Below are positions 40,003 through 50,400 of a stretch of DNA of 64,000 nt, one piece after another. The notes beneath the pieces are model-generated. The model did not search any database. It worked only from the letters and a program-made list of their open reading frames with translations, and was not told the DNA's origin. Within the stretch, counting starts at the first letter, position 1. Each line of letters begins with the position of its first letter. Location of the stretch: positions 25,150-89,149 of the forward strand of contig PEWV01000025.1 in the NCBI GenBank assembly GCA_002780005.1. The letters are read 5' to 3'. This DNA comes from Candidatus Aquitaenariimonas noxiae. GTDB lineage: Bacteria; Omnitrophota; Gorgyraeia; Aquitaenariimonadales; Aquitaenariimonadaceae. The position numbers were made by a program, and so were the translations under genes.

Positions 40003-41037
40003 TTAAAACATCTCTTTTTGCGCTTTTTCTTTCGCCGCAAGCCCTAAATGTTTATAAGCCTCTTTCGTGGCTTCTCTGCCGCGAGGCGTACGCTTTAAGA
40101 AACCTATTTTAAGTAAAAAAGGTTCGACTATATCTATGATCGTATCTTTTTCTTCGTTTAGGCTAGCTGCCAACGATTCTATCCCTACAGGGCCGCCTCC
40201 GTACGCAGAGATAATAACATCTAATACTTTTCGATCTATATTATCAAGCCCCATATTGTCTATGCCATGGGCGCTCAATGCCTCGTTTACCAACTCCCAG
40301 GTCACTTTTCCGTCGGTCTTCACCTCGGCCCAGTCGCGGACCCTTCGCAGTAACCTATTAGCTATACGCGGCGTCCCTCTTGATCTCTTTGCAACTTCCA
40401 ACGCGGCTTTGCTGTTAATCTGGATATTTAAAAGTTTCGCCGATCTTTCCAGGATTTGTACCAAGTCTTCTGGCTGATAAAAATCTAGGTGATAAAACAT
40501 GCCGAACCTGCCCCGCAGCGGCGCCGTAAGGAGGCCGGCCCTCGTCGTAGCGCCTACAAGGGTGAAGCGTTTAAGATTGAATTTTATAGTCTTGGCGTAC
40601 GGGCCTTTATCTATCACAAAATCTATATTAAAACTCTCCATGGCCGGATATAAAAATTCCTCGACAGTCGCGGCAAGCCTATGTATCTCGTCTATAAATA
40701 AAATATCGCCTTCGTCCAAATTGGTGAGTATCCCTATTAGGTCGCCGGCACGCTCTATAGCCGGGCCGCTTGTCGCTGTAATTTTTGTGCCCATCTCATG
40801 CGCTATTATGTGAGCGAGCGTTGTTTTGCCCAATCCGGGAGGTCCGGAAAAGAGAACATGCTCTAACGGCTCATTCCTTTTTTTGGCCGCTTTTAGAGCC
40901 ACTATTACATTTTCTATTATATCTTTTTGGCCGACGAAATCTTTTAGAGACGCTGGCCTTAGGGAGAGGTTCAATACCGCATCTTCTTCTGTCTCGGTGC
41001 TACCGAGTATTTTTTTTCTGACTTCCTCTTCTGCCAT
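40003..41037 (-). CDS. ruvB: Holliday junction branch-migration helicase RuvB
   Basis: 344 aa with Walker A GPPGLGKTT, Walker B ILFIDEIHRL, and the RuvB N-terminal LRPASLKDFVGQ. Confidence 0.9.
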   Translation of the reverse strand: MAEEEVRKKILGSTETEEDAVLNLSLRPASLKDFVGQKDIIENVIVALKAAKKRNEPLEHVLFSGPPGLGKTTLAHIIAHEMGTKITATSGPAIERAGDLIGILTNLDEGDILFIDEIHRLAATVEEFLYPAMESFNIDFVIDKGPYAKTIKFNLKRFTLVGATTRAGLLTAPLRGRFGMFYHLDFYQPEDLVQILERSAKLLNIQINSKAALEVAKRSRGTPRIANRLLRRVRDWAEVKTDGKVTWELVNEALSAHGIDNMGLDNIDRKVLDVIISAYGGGPVGIESLAASLNEEKDTIIDIVEPFLLKIGFLKRTPRGREATKEAYKHLGLAAKEKAQKEMF

Positions 41038-41039
41038 AG

Positions 41040-41666
41040 CTAAATAAGTTTTCTTTGTTTATAAATCTCGTTTAATAATTCTTCTGATGTTTTTATATCG
41101 GGATTCCTAGAAATAGCCTTTGATACCATCTCTTTGGCTTCGTTTCTTTTGTATTGAAGCTGCAACAGAACATCAAGCGCCTCATTTTGAATATCATCTT
41201 TGGGCTTTGGTAGTTCGGATATATGCCCATCTTGCATCAGGCCGAATTTTCCGACCTTGCCCTGCAATTTGGCAACGATTTCTCTTGCTTTTCGCTCGCC
41301 TACTCCAGGCAGGCTCTTCAGCAAAGATAAATTATTTTCGTCTATTGCCTTCGCGATAACGGATATTGGGAGCGCGAGCGCCCTTATAGCTGCCTTCGGG
41401 CCTACACCTGATACGGTGATGAATTTTTCAAAAAACTCTTTTTCAACCTCATTGAGAAAACCCACCAAAAACGGAACACCTCTTGACGGGTCCATCTGAA
41501 GATAATGGTATGTCACAAGCTCTATTTTCCCGTCGGCACCAATACTCCCATCTAAGACCTTCATTATCACGTCGGGGATAAAGACTTCGTATGATATGCC
41601 GCTTACATTTATAATAACGGAGTTTTCTCTTTTTTCCCGTAAGGTGCCTGAGATTCTCGAGATCAT
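41040..41666 (-). CDS. ruvA: Holliday junction DNA helicase RuvA
   Basis: 208 aa starting MISRISGTL..VIINVSGISYEVFIP (RuvA domain I), with HhH motifs LPGVGERKAREIV. Confidence 0.85.
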   Translation of the reverse strand: MISRISGTLREKRENSVIINVSGISYEVFIPDVIMKVLDGSIGADGKIELVTYHYLQMDPSRGVPFLVGFLNEVEKEFFEKFITVSGVGPKAAIRALALPISVIAKAIDENNLSLLKSLPGVGERKAREIVAKLQGKVGKFGLMQDGHISELPKPKDDIQNEALDVLLQLQYKRNEAKEMVSKAISRNPDIKTSEELLNEIYKQRKLI

Positions 41667-42142
41667 ATTTTCTTTTCCATGTACACGTGCGCTATGGCAA
41701 GCGCCAAAGCATCCGAGACGTCGGTATATTTGATAGGGGTATTAAGCTTTAAAAGGTCTTGAACTATTCTTTGAATCTGGTATTTTGATGCATTTCCGTT
41801 GCCGGCAATCGCCTTTCTCACTCTTTTAGGCGGATAGCTCACGACCGGTATATTGCATTCTCCTGCGGTAAGGCAAATCACCCCTCTTGCGTGACCCATC
41901 AAAATAGCGGTAACAGGGTGTTTATAATGGGAATAAAGTTTTTCTAATATTAATACTTTAGGCTTGTGTTCTTTTACAATCTCTGCCAGCGCTCTTCGAA
42001 TCTTTTCAAGCCTTATCTCTATTTTATCTTTGTGCGAAGTCTTTAATACCCCGGCTTCTATTAATTTGAATGACCTACCCTTATTTTCTACTAGACCATA
42101 GCCGGTGACCTGTAAACCAGGATCAACACCTAATATGGACAT
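41663..42142 (-). CDS. ruvC: crossover junction endodeoxyribonuclease RuvC
   Basis: 159 aa starting MSILGVDPGLQVTGYGL, with catalytic D...E...D/H spacing. It overlaps ruvA by 4 nt. Confidence 0.85.
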   Translation of the reverse strand: MSILGVDPGLQVTGYGLVENKGRSFKLIEAGVLKTSHKDKIEIRLEKIRRALAEIVKEHKPKVLILEKLYSHYKHPVTAILMGHARGVICLTAGECNIPVVSYPPKRVRKAIAGNGNASKYQIQRIVQDLLKLNTPIKYTDVSDALALAIAHVYMEKKI

Positions 42143-42888
42143 TACTTCTCCTCTGGCAATAAATCGTCGGGTATATCAAAGTTAGCATATACATTTTGTA
42201 TATCATCGTGCTCTTCGAGCGTTTCTATCAGAGTTAAAACTTGTTCGGCGGCGCCTTTGTCTGTTATCCTGATATTGCTCTTGGGAAGTTTTGTTATTTC
42301 GGACGTATCGATTTTTATACCTTTCTGCTCCAAAGTGCTTTTTACTTTCTCAAAATCCTGAGGCTGTGTTTTTATAGCGAACCCATCGCCCTCGTCGATA
42401 AGATCCTCCGCCCCGGCTTCAAGCGCTATTCCCATTAACTTATCTTCGTCAATCGTTCCTTTTTTAATTAAAAAATACCCTTTCTTTTCGAACATCCAGC
42501 TCACAGAACCGCTTCCGGCCATATTTCCGCCTCTTTTCGCAAAAATATTTCTGATCTCGCTGCCGGTCCTGTTCTTATTATCGGTTAAAACATCGATTAT
42601 AATCGCCACGCCATTAGGGCCATAGCCTTCATATGTAATTTCTTCATAAACAACACCCGGAAGCTCTCCGGTACCCTTCTTTATGGCCCGATCTATGTTG
42701 TCCTGAGGCATGTTTGATTCTTTCGCCCGCTGAATAGCTACGCGCAATCGCGGGTTCGCTTCCGGCTTGCCGCCGTCCCGGGCAGCAACCGTGATTTCTT
42801 TTATAAGCTTTGTGAAAAGCTGGCCTCGCTTCGCGTCTGCCAAGCCTTTTGAGTGTTTAATACTAGCCCATTTGGAATGTCCTGACAT
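42142..42888 (-). CDS. yebC: YebC/PmpR-family DNA-binding transcriptional regulator
   Basis: 248 aa starting MSGHSKWASIKHSKG..AKRGQLFTKL, the canonical YebC N-terminus. Confidence 0.85.
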   Translation of the reverse strand: MSGHSKWASIKHSKGLADAKRGQLFTKLIKEITVAARDGGKPEANPRLRVAIQRAKESNMPQDNIDRAIKKGTGELPGVVYEEITYEGYGPNGVAIIIDVLTDNKNRTGSEIRNIFAKRGGNMAGSGSVSWMFEKKGYFLIKKGTIDEDKLMGIALEAGAEDLIDEGDGFAIKTQPQDFEKVKSTLEQKGIKIDTSEITKLPKSNIRITDKGAAEQVLTLIETLEEHDDIQNVYANFDIPDDLLPEEK

Positions 42889-43065
42889 TTATGCTCTCCT
42901 TTTTTAACTTTTACTTAAATTCTCGCGTCCTGGATCTTAATATCATTTGAACCAAAACGGTAGGAATTCTACAATGTTCTTGCCATATTATACTAAAAAA
43001 AAATAGTGTTGTAAAGAGAATATATAACCCTTTATTTTACAAGAACATATATAAATCAAAATTTG

Positions 43066-44394
43066 CTAACCGCGAAGTTCTTTAATCAGATCTCTAGCCT
43101 CTTCAAGATCAGGCTTAAGATCCAGCGCCTTATTCAATAACTCTATGGCTTTGGCCTTATCCTTTTTTTCTTTATATAACAGCGCGAGCTGGAAGTATAT
43201 AACCGGCAAGTCCGATTGTTTGCTGAGTATGAATTGAAATTCTTCTATGGCTTTATCGATATGGCCCATTTCCTTATATGAAAAGGCTAAACTTATACGC
43301 GCATGCAGGTAATCCGGATTTATCTCTGAAGCCTTTGCAAACTCCGCTATTGCTTCTTCTTGCATATGTAAATTGTCATATACCTGCCCAAGCTTGTGAT
43401 GAAAATCTGCATATGTCGGATGTTCGTCTAAGATGCTTTTGTATATTCGTATTAAAGTATTATATAGCCCTATATCCTTTGCCTCCGATTCTAGCGGAGT
43501 CAATATAGAAGTAAAAGTGGCATTTATCATAATCGCTTTCGAGAATTCTTCTCTAGCTATTTCAAGCAATATACGCCTGCTATTCTCTTTAGACTCCAAT
43601 TCCTTCGATTCGGTTTTCAAGCCTAAGCTTGTTGCATTTTCAAATTCTGCAAGCGCTGCGGTAGGATCGCCAAGAATATTATAAGTCAAGGCAAGGCAAT
43701 AATGAGAGAATACGTCGTGGGGCACTACTCTCGTCAGCCGCTGCAACAGGCCTTTTGCTTCATCATACTTCTCAATAATTATATAAGCCAAGCCTAATTT
43801 GCGCAATGCCTCGACGTAGACAGGGTTTATATCTATAGATTTATTAAACTCATCTATGCCGGCCTTATAATCATTTATATTGCAGTATACTAATCCTAAA
43901 ATATGGTGCAGATCCGCGTGTTTCGGCTTAAAGACTATTGCTCCTTGTAGCCTCTTAACAGCATTATGGTGGTCTCCCTTGTTGTAATAGGCAAGGGCTA
44001 TTCTCACGTTTAGGGTGATGTCGTCTTTTTTCTCTGTCAGCACCTTTTCAAATTCGGCAATGGCCTGATCGTAAAGCCCGATGTTATTGTAGCATATCCC
44101 GAGATAGTTGGAGAGCATGATAGATTGAGGTAGGATCTTAAGCGATTTTTCGAAATACCTTATTGCATCTTGAAACTTTGTTTCGTGCATAGCTATTATT
44201 CCCATGTTCCTATAGCATTGGCTTGTGTAAAATTCCGCTAATCTGGAATGGAGGCTTTCCGCGTATTGCGTATCGGCTAACATGTCCTCGAACTCTTTTA
44301 CTGCCTTCTCGTATTCGCAGTTATTGTAATAATTAATACCTTTTTGATATCGATCGTCTTTCCCGAATGTGAAAATTTTTTTAAAATCGATCAT
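43066..44394 (-). CDS. tetratricopeptide-repeat protein
   Basis: 442 aa made of about ten 34-aa units with W-LG-Y / A-F-P consensus positions. Confidence 0.7.
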   Translation of the reverse strand: MIDFKKIFTFGKDDRYQKGINYYNNCEYEKAVKEFEDMLADTQYAESLHSRLAEFYTSQCYRNMGIIAMHETKFQDAIRYFEKSLKILPQSIMLSNYLGICYNNIGLYDQAIAEFEKVLTEKKDDITLNVRIALAYYNKGDHHNAVKRLQGAIVFKPKHADLHHILGLVYCNINDYKAGIDEFNKSIDINPVYVEALRKLGLAYIIIEKYDEAKGLLQRLTRVVPHDVFSHYCLALTYNILGDPTAALAEFENATSLGLKTESKELESKENSRRILLEIAREEFSKAIMINATFTSILTPLESEAKDIGLYNTLIRIYKSILDEHPTYADFHHKLGQVYDNLHMQEEAIAEFAKASEINPDYLHARISLAFSYKEMGHIDKAIEEFQFILSKQSDLPVIYFQLALLYKEKKDKAKAIELLNKALDLKPDLEEARDLIKELRG

Positions 44395-44410
44395 TTTCCG
44401 CCTCCTGCGT

Positions 44411-45040
44411 TTAATAAGCGCCTTTGCCGATAATTACAACAGGTATGGTTCGTATTAAAATTTTTAAATCCAGCATGAATGACCTATGCTGAATATAGTA
44501 AATATCCAATTCTATCCATTCATAAAATGAAATATTGCTCCTGCCGCTAATCTGCCAAAGGCAGGTCAGGCCGGGGATAACAGAAAGCCTCTTCATCTGA
44601 TGTAGCGTATATTCTTTCACCTCGCTCGGTAACGGCGGCCTTGGTCCAACAATCGACATGTCACCTTTTAGGACATTGAAAAATTGGGGTAATTCATCCA
44701 TGCTTGTCCGCCGTAAAATCCTGCCCACCCTTGTGATACGCGGGTCGCGTTTTATTTTAAAAATAGGCCCGTCAGTCTCGTTCAGATGCTTGAGGTCGCC
44801 CTTAAGCCTTTCTGCTTCTTTTACCATGGACCTAAATTTATATAGCATAAATTCCTTGCCATCTTTTCCGACACGCTTACTTGTAAATATAATAGGCCCT
44901 CGTGAATCAAATTTTATCATTATTGCAATTATAACAAACAATGGGAAAAGCATGATTAACGCTAAAAATGAAAGCGTCATATCTAGCGCTCTCTTGCATA
45001 TAAGATACTTTTCTAATTTGTAAGTTTTAGTATTTTTCAT
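44411..45040 (-). CDS. undecaprenyl-phosphate sugar phosphotransferase (small bacterial sugar transferase, PglC/WbaP C-domain type)
   Basis: 209 aa with an N-terminal TM segment, KRALD, PIIF.Q.RVG and DELPQFFNVLKGDMSIVGPRP motifs. Confidence 0.8.
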   Translation of the reverse strand: MKNTKTYKLEKYLICKRALDMTLSFLALIMLFPLFVIIAIMIKFDSRGPIIFTSKRVGKDGKEFMLYKFRSMVKEAERLKGDLKHLNETDGPIFKIKRDPRITRVGRILRRTSMDELPQFFNVLKGDMSIVGPRPPLPSEVKEYTLHQMKRLSVIPGLTCLWQISGRSNISFYEWIELDIYYIQHRSFMLDLKILIRTIPVVIIGKGAY

Positions 45041-45053
45041 TTTATATATAATC

Positions 45054-47114
45054 TCAATGTTCCTCTAAGAATATCGGGCTTTCTGTCAGGTCAAGCCTTA
45101 CCCTCAACTTTTTTGGCTCGGCTTTTTTAGAATTCCCCATAAGATCAACAATCTCTACTGTTTTGCTTTTTACAGGCAGGCCTAAACTTCTCTTCCCCTC
45201 TAAAGACCATAAAATAAAAACACGTTTATTTTCATTTTCGAAAATATAGCCTCTTAATGGGTCTCTTAAATCTAGCCGGCCGCTATACCGCAGGCCTTCT
45301 ATCCGGTCAATCATATTTGCATAAGCAATGGCTGCCGGTCTAGGCGTAAAATCATTGTTTATAATACCAAAATTCTGCTCGAAAGCCTCGGGATCAGATC
45401 CTTGGTTTTTAAAGCAATGCAAGAACACTTTATCCACTGCAGCGTTTGATAAAGCGATCACATACCCCCTCACCAAGAAATTAGCCTGATTCTTGAGGCT
45501 TAGGAATGAATTCTTATTTTCCTCATAAGTAGACCATCCTATTTCCGTAATGAATATTTTCTTACCCGACCCGCCGTTCTTATTCATCCTCTCTACCGCA
45601 TCATTGATCTTTCTCTCTAAGGTATTATTTTTTTCCGGATAGTCGGATTCGGTATAGGGATGTATCGCTGCAATATCGAAATAATTCCCGCCGCCTTCCT
45701 TATAGATATGGTCAAGAAACCAAAATCTATTATTTTTTCCGCCGCCCAAACCTCCGATTATTACCTTAGACGGTTCGTTTATCGCCTTTATTGCTTCGTA
45801 GGACGCCTTGAGAAGTTTAGTATAATTTGCGGCATTAGGGCCGCTCGGCCAGAATCCCCACAGGTCCGGTTCGTTCCAAATTTCCCAGTATTTTATCTTA
45901 TCTTTATATCTATAAGCAACATGTGATATAAAGCCTCTGAAACCCTTTATGGCTTCCCCGGAACCGGTTGTCACGCCTGAGGTGTTATCCTCCAGAAATG
46001 TGCCGCATATATTTATGCCATTCCTATAGCATTCACTGACAAACAGATCACACTTTTCCCAATTAAACTTGCCTGACTGTGTTTGGGCATACGACGGCCG
46101 AAAATCATGCCTAACCCAGCTTATTCCGAGCCGTTTTAATGTTTTTATCAGGCGGCGCGAGTCTTCTTCCAAGAAAAAGGCCGTAATGCCGAAACGGGAC
46201 TCGAAAGATGTCTCGTGATTATATTCCGGGCAGATTGCAAAACTAGTCCGATTATCCTCAATAAGTTTGCCCTTTTTATAAAGCCCAATATAAGCGAAGA
46301 AGACGCCGTTTTTGGCGATTTTTGTCTTTATCTCATACGGTTGGATCGTGTTTTTGGAAACATTTATTTGGTACTCGCCGGTCGAAACCGTTTCTCCGTC
46401 CAGATCGGTTATTTTATACATTAATTTATACAAAATATCATTGTCTTCGCGATTATATATATTCAAAACAATAGGTATATTTTCCTTTTGGCTAAAAATA
46501 TTGCAGGAATTGTTTTCTGCGATCGTCATGAAAGGAACGGAAACGGAAACATAACTGACATACTCATCTCCGTCGCTTCTATTGTTTATCCTAAAATCTC
46601 CTCCGCCGCTGTTCAGGAGAGCTTGCTGGGCAGGCCCGCACCCTTGCCGGTTAGCAAATTTGACACTACGAACCCTGGTTGTATAAGTTTTCCATGTCCT
46701 TGTATCCTGTTTTTTTATTATTCTGCCGGCACGCTTGAACGCGCCGTCATTAGGCCAGAGATATCCTGAATCATACTGTATCGCAAAGGTATCCGTTCCT
46801 ATGTCAAAATATTCAATTGTCAATATAACCTCATTGAAGCTTTTATTGAATATAAACGAATCATCTACATCAAAAACTATAAAATTATTCCCTTTTCCGG
46901 AGTCTGTAGCGACGCATTTCTTGCCGGCAATTTCTTTTTTTATCATAATGTCGTTATAAAGAAGTTTTATGCCGGCGGATTCATCATATCCGGGTTTTAA
47001 CCATACGCCGCGGGCCTGGCTGTAATTAGAAACGCCTTCAGCCGTTTTATTAAAAATAAAACAACCTGCCAGAATCAGTAAAATGCATGCTATTATTTTT
47101 AACTTTTGCGTCAT
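45054..47114 (-). CDS. lipoprotein glycoside hydrolase (GH-A clan TIM barrel)
   Basis: 686 aa with signal peptide and lipobox LILAGC. WEIWNEPD (NEP acid/base motif) and a downstream ITEIGW (nucleophile region) indicate a clan GH-A barrel. Confidence 0.55.
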   Translation of the reverse strand: MTQKLKIIACILLILAGCFIFNKTAEGVSNYSQARGVWLKPGYDESAGIKLLYNDIMIKKEIAGKKCVATDSGKGNNFIVFDVDDSFIFNKSFNEVILTIEYFDIGTDTFAIQYDSGYLWPNDGAFKRAGRIIKKQDTRTWKTYTTRVRSVKFANRQGCGPAQQALLNSGGGDFRINNRSDGDEYVSYVSVSVPFMTIAENNSCNIFSQKENIPIVLNIYNREDNDILYKLMYKITDLDGETVSTGEYQINVSKNTIQPYEIKTKIAKNGVFFAYIGLYKKGKLIEDNRTSFAICPEYNHETSFESRFGITAFFLEEDSRRLIKTLKRLGISWVRHDFRPSYAQTQSGKFNWEKCDLFVSECYRNGINICGTFLEDNTSGVTTGSGEAIKGFRGFISHVAYRYKDKIKYWEIWNEPDLWGFWPSGPNAANYTKLLKASYEAIKAINEPSKVIIGGLGGGKNNRFWFLDHIYKEGGGNYFDIAAIHPYTESDYPEKNNTLERKINDAVERMNKNGGSGKKIFITEIGWSTYEENKNSFLSLKNQANFLVRGYVIALSNAAVDKVFLHCFKNQGSDPEAFEQNFGIINNDFTPRPAAIAYANMIDRIEGLRYSGRLDLRDPLRGYIFENENKRVFILWSLEGKRSLGLPVKSKTVEIVDLMGNSKKAEPKKLRVRLDLTESPIFLEEH

Positions 47115-47116
47115 TT

Positions 47117-48241
47117 TTATAATGTTAGGCGCTTTTTTTCCAACTCTTTTTTTGCCTTCTCGAACAAATCTTTGGATTTTTGCGTTTTAACCCACTTTAT
47201 GAGGTCTTCTGTTCCGTCTTCAAACCTTACCTTCGGCGTAAATCCCAATCTTTCTTTTATTTTTGTTATATCCGCGTAACAATGCCTGATATCTCCGGCC
47301 CTGAATTTCTTTGTCACTACGGCTTCTTTATCGAACTCTAGTTTTTTGATAAGGATATTTACCAGATCCAAAATAGTAAGCATGCGGCCGGTCCCTACAT
47401 TAAAAGCTTCGTAGTCCGCCTCCCTTTTCTCCATGGCCAACATATTAGCCTGGACTATATCTGACACATGAACGAAATCTCGCGATTGATAACCATCCTC
47501 AAATATAACCGGGGGCTTGTTGTTCAATATCCGCGACGAAAAGATAGCGGCCGCGCCCGTATAGGGATTGGAAAGGGCTTGCCTGGGCCCGTATGTATTA
47601 AAATACCTCAAGGCAACAACCGGAATCTTATAAGCCCTGCCGACGACTAAACTCATCTCTTCCTGGTCGCGTTTGGAGATCGCGTAGATAGAGGTAGGAA
47701 ATAAAGGTTTCCCCTCTTTGGTCGGGATCGGCTTTGCCGTTTTATTGCATTCCGGGCATTTCATTTCCCATTCTCTCGATTCGAGTTGTTTATCCGATCT
47801 TAAAGACGGATATACAATACCGCATTTATCGCAAACGTAAGAGCCTTCTCCGTATATCGACATCGAAGAGGCAACCAACAGCTTCTTCACTTTATTTGAT
47901 TCGTTTATCAGTATATCGAGCAGCGTTGCCGTTCCGGCCGTATTAACATACATGTACTTTTCTATTTCATACATGGACTGGCCTATGCCGACACATGCGC
48001 CTTGATGAAAAATCACATCGATTCCTTTTACGGCTTTCTTTAATTTTTCTCTGTTTCTCACGTCGCCTTTTATAAATTTTGCCTCTTTGTTTACATAAGA
48101 AGGGATCCTACCTCCTCTACCGTGAACCTGGGGGTCTAAATTATCAAATATCGTTACATCGTGGCCTTTTTTTAACAAGGCATCCACTAAGTGAGAACCT
48201 ATAAAGCCCGCGCCGCCTGTAACTAAGATCTTCGCACCCAT
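47117..48241 (-). CDS. NAD-dependent epimerase/dehydratase (SDR family) with a zinc-ribbon insertion
   Basis: ILVTGGAGFIGSHL Rossmann motif and YxxxK (YAISK). A CxxC...CxxC insert (CDKCG..CPECN) lies at aa ~131-175. Confidence 0.75.
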   Translation of the reverse strand: MGAKILVTGGAGFIGSHLVDALLKKGHDVTIFDNLDPQVHGRGGRIPSYVNKEAKFIKGDVRNREKLKKAVKGIDVIFHQGACVGIGQSMYEIEKYMYVNTAGTATLLDILINESNKVKKLLVASSMSIYGEGSYVCDKCGIVYPSLRSDKQLESREWEMKCPECNKTAKPIPTKEGKPLFPTSIYAISKRDQEEMSLVVGRAYKIPVVALRYFNTYGPRQALSNPYTGAAAIFSSRILNNKPPVIFEDGYQSRDFVHVSDIVQANMLAMEKREADYEAFNVGTGRMLTILDLVNILIKKLEFDKEAVVTKKFRAGDIRHCYADITKIKERLGFTPKVRFEDGTEDLIKWVKTQKSKDLFEKAKKELEKKRLTL

Positions 48242-49188
48242 TATATACTCCTTTTTATTGATACAAACTGATCTAATCGCCCTTCGCCGAAATTACCTGA
48301 TAAAAAATCAACGAATCCTAAAAATATCGCTTTTGCATATTCCGCCTTACCGGTCATGATAAATTTAAGGGAATAAACAAAATTTTTAATGATATAAAAT
48401 AAGAAAAATGAAGGCACGAACACTTTCGGGCAATCTTTAGCCATAAAAAGCAAAATATTTCTTGTGTATAAATAGTATTCTTTAACCGATTTTTCGCCAA
48501 AGGTTATACTTATCTTGTGCCAAATCTTTGCCTTAGGAACATAAAGAACTCTGAATCCTGCCTTTCTCGCCCGAACACACCAGTCCGTATCCTCATAATA
48601 GATGAAAAAGCGTTCATCAAGCATGCCTATTCTTTCAATAACTTCCCTTTTTATTAAAAGAGAGCTACCAGTAACGCCGTGAACTTCCTGAGGTTCGCTG
48701 ATAATTCCTTTTGAAATAGCCTCGAGCGGTTCCTTCTTTGTAAAACCTGTAAACCAGTTAAACGAGGTGCACACAGTTATGGCTTTATCGGGATATTCGA
48801 AAGAATAATTTACCGCTCCGACCACGCCTATTTTCGCATCGGGTTCCGCCACGTTTATCAGTTCGCGCAAGACACCACTGTCCACCTTTGTATCATTATT
48901 TAAAAGAAAGATATAATCCGTTCCGCGGCTAAGGGCGTATCGGATTCCCACATTGTTCCCTCCGGCAAAACCCAAATTTTCCTTATTTCTCATCAGCATT
49001 ACATTTGGAAATTTCGCCGCTATTCTATCCGGCGAACCGTCTATTGAACCGTTATCCACGAGAATAATTTCATAGTTTTTATAATCGAGCGCCTTTAGCG
49101 ACTCAAGGCATTTGGTTGTGTCTTCCCCTTGATTCCAATTGATCGTGATTATATATATTTTTGGCTCCCTTGCGCTATCGGTTCCCAT
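48241..49188 (-). CDS. glycosyltransferase family 2
   Basis: IITINWNQ, ILVDNGSIDGS and the DxD region fit the GT-A fold. Confidence 0.75.
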   Translation of the reverse strand: MGTDSAREPKIYIITINWNQGEDTTKCLESLKALDYKNYEIILVDNGSIDGSPDRIAAKFPNVMLMRNKENLGFAGGNNVGIRYALSRGTDYIFLLNNDTKVDSGVLRELINVAEPDAKIGVVGAVNYSFEYPDKAITVCTSFNWFTGFTKKEPLEAISKGIISEPQEVHGVTGSSLLIKREVIERIGMLDERFFIYYEDTDWCVRARKAGFRVLYVPKAKIWHKISITFGEKSVKEYYLYTRNILLFMAKDCPKVFVPSFFLFYIIKNFVYSLKFIMTGKAEYAKAIFLGFVDFLSGNFGEGRLDQFVSIKRSI

Positions 49189-50398
49189 TTTTTTTCTTTT
49201 CTTTCAAGGCCTTTTCATATTCCACTTCGATCGAGCTAACCATCTTGTCCCAGGCATACTTGGTCTGGGCTTTAAATTTTGCTGCTTTTCCTAAGTGGTT
49301 TCTTAATTCTTCATTTTTTAAAAGTTCAACCACTTTTTTTGCAAAATCTTTTGGTTCATCGGCGATTAGAATGTCTTTTCCGTCGCTGAAATCCAGGCCC
49401 GTTGCTCCAACGGTTGTAGAGACAATGGCCTTCCCCATGGCCCACGATTCCATTATTTTGAGCCTGATCCCTCCACCCACCCTCAAAGGAACAATAACAA
49501 CGCTTGAACGCGCTATGAGAGATTTCATGTCGTCAACATACCCTGTCACGGTAACGCAGGGATCACTAACGAGGGCCTTTATATCAGGAGGCGGAGACCC
49601 TCCGGCTATTATAAGTTCGACTTTCGGAATTGATTTCTTTATTAGCGGAAATATTTCATTATAAAAATATTTTATCCCGTCGTAATTAGCGAAAAAACTC
49701 ATCGTTCCGAAGAATATTATAGAGTTTTCTTTCGACTTCATAGCATAAGAGCCGCATGCCTCAATATCCACGCCCATGGGTTGCAGCACAACATTCGCCT
49801 TTGGCGCCATAAGCTTTATCCTATCTATATCGCCCTGAGACAGCGCGAGGCACATATCAAAGTGTTCCAGTACGAATTTTTCATATTTTTTCATTCTGCT
49901 TAATTCAAAAAACATTAAAATTTTCAATAGCGGATCCCTTACATTTACATAATATTCCTTATACATGAAGTACTCTACATTATGCGTATCCAAAAAGGTC
50001 GCCGTAGAAGGCGGGATCAGCGGCTTTAATTTAAGCACGTACTGCGCCATATAGTAGAATTCAGCTTGTATTACATCGAATTTCTCTTCCTTAAGTAATT
50101 TCCTAAGCCTCTCCATAAGCAGGGGTGAATAATATTTAATAGAGGTGTAAGGATCTGTTTTATATATAGCCATAATGAAATTTTTCATTGACCACTTGGG
50201 CCTCATTCTTACCGTTTCGACCCTATGGCAGTACTTTTTCAATTCGTCGACGTATTTTAGGCTTTCGTCGTTCGGAATTAAAGAAAAAAGCGTTATCTTA
50301 TGTTTCTTTGAAAGAAATTTAATAAAATTGAATATTACGATTTTGTTGCCCTGATCCGGCGGGTACGGTAATCTTGGTGTAATGAATAATATGTTCAT
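49175..50398 (-). CDS. glycosyltransferase family 4 (GT-B)
   Basis: N-terminal ILFITPRLPYPPDQGNKI and a C-terminal E-x7-E-type region (PLRVGGGIRLKIMESWAMGKAIVST). Confidence 0.7.
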   Translation of the reverse strand: MNILFITPRLPYPPDQGNKIVIFNFIKFLSKKHKITLFSLIPNDESLKYVDELKKYCHRVETVRMRPKWSMKNFIMAIYKTDPYTSIKYYSPLLMERLRKLLKEEKFDVIQAEFYYMAQYVLKLKPLIPPSTATFLDTHNVEYFMYKEYYVNVRDPLLKILMFFELSRMKKYEKFVLEHFDMCLALSQGDIDRIKLMAPKANVVLQPMGVDIEACGSYAMKSKENSIIFFGTMSFFANYDGIKYFYNEIFPLIKKSIPKVELIIAGGSPPPDIKALVSDPCVTVTGYVDDMKSLIARSSVVIVPLRVGGGIRLKIMESWAMGKAIVSTTVGATGLDFSDGKDILIADEPKDFAKKVVELLKNEELRNHLGKAAKFKAQTKYAWDKMVSSIEVEYEKALKEKKKNGNR

Positions 50399-50400
50399 AT

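Noticed and set aside
42889-43065. tRNA or small RNA gene in the 177-bp gap upstream of yebC, and in the other larger gaps (34657..34850, 61944..62107)
   Set aside because: No cloverleaf-compatible sequence was found (no GTTCRA T-loop and no acceptor-stem complementarity). The regions are AT-rich and promoter-like.
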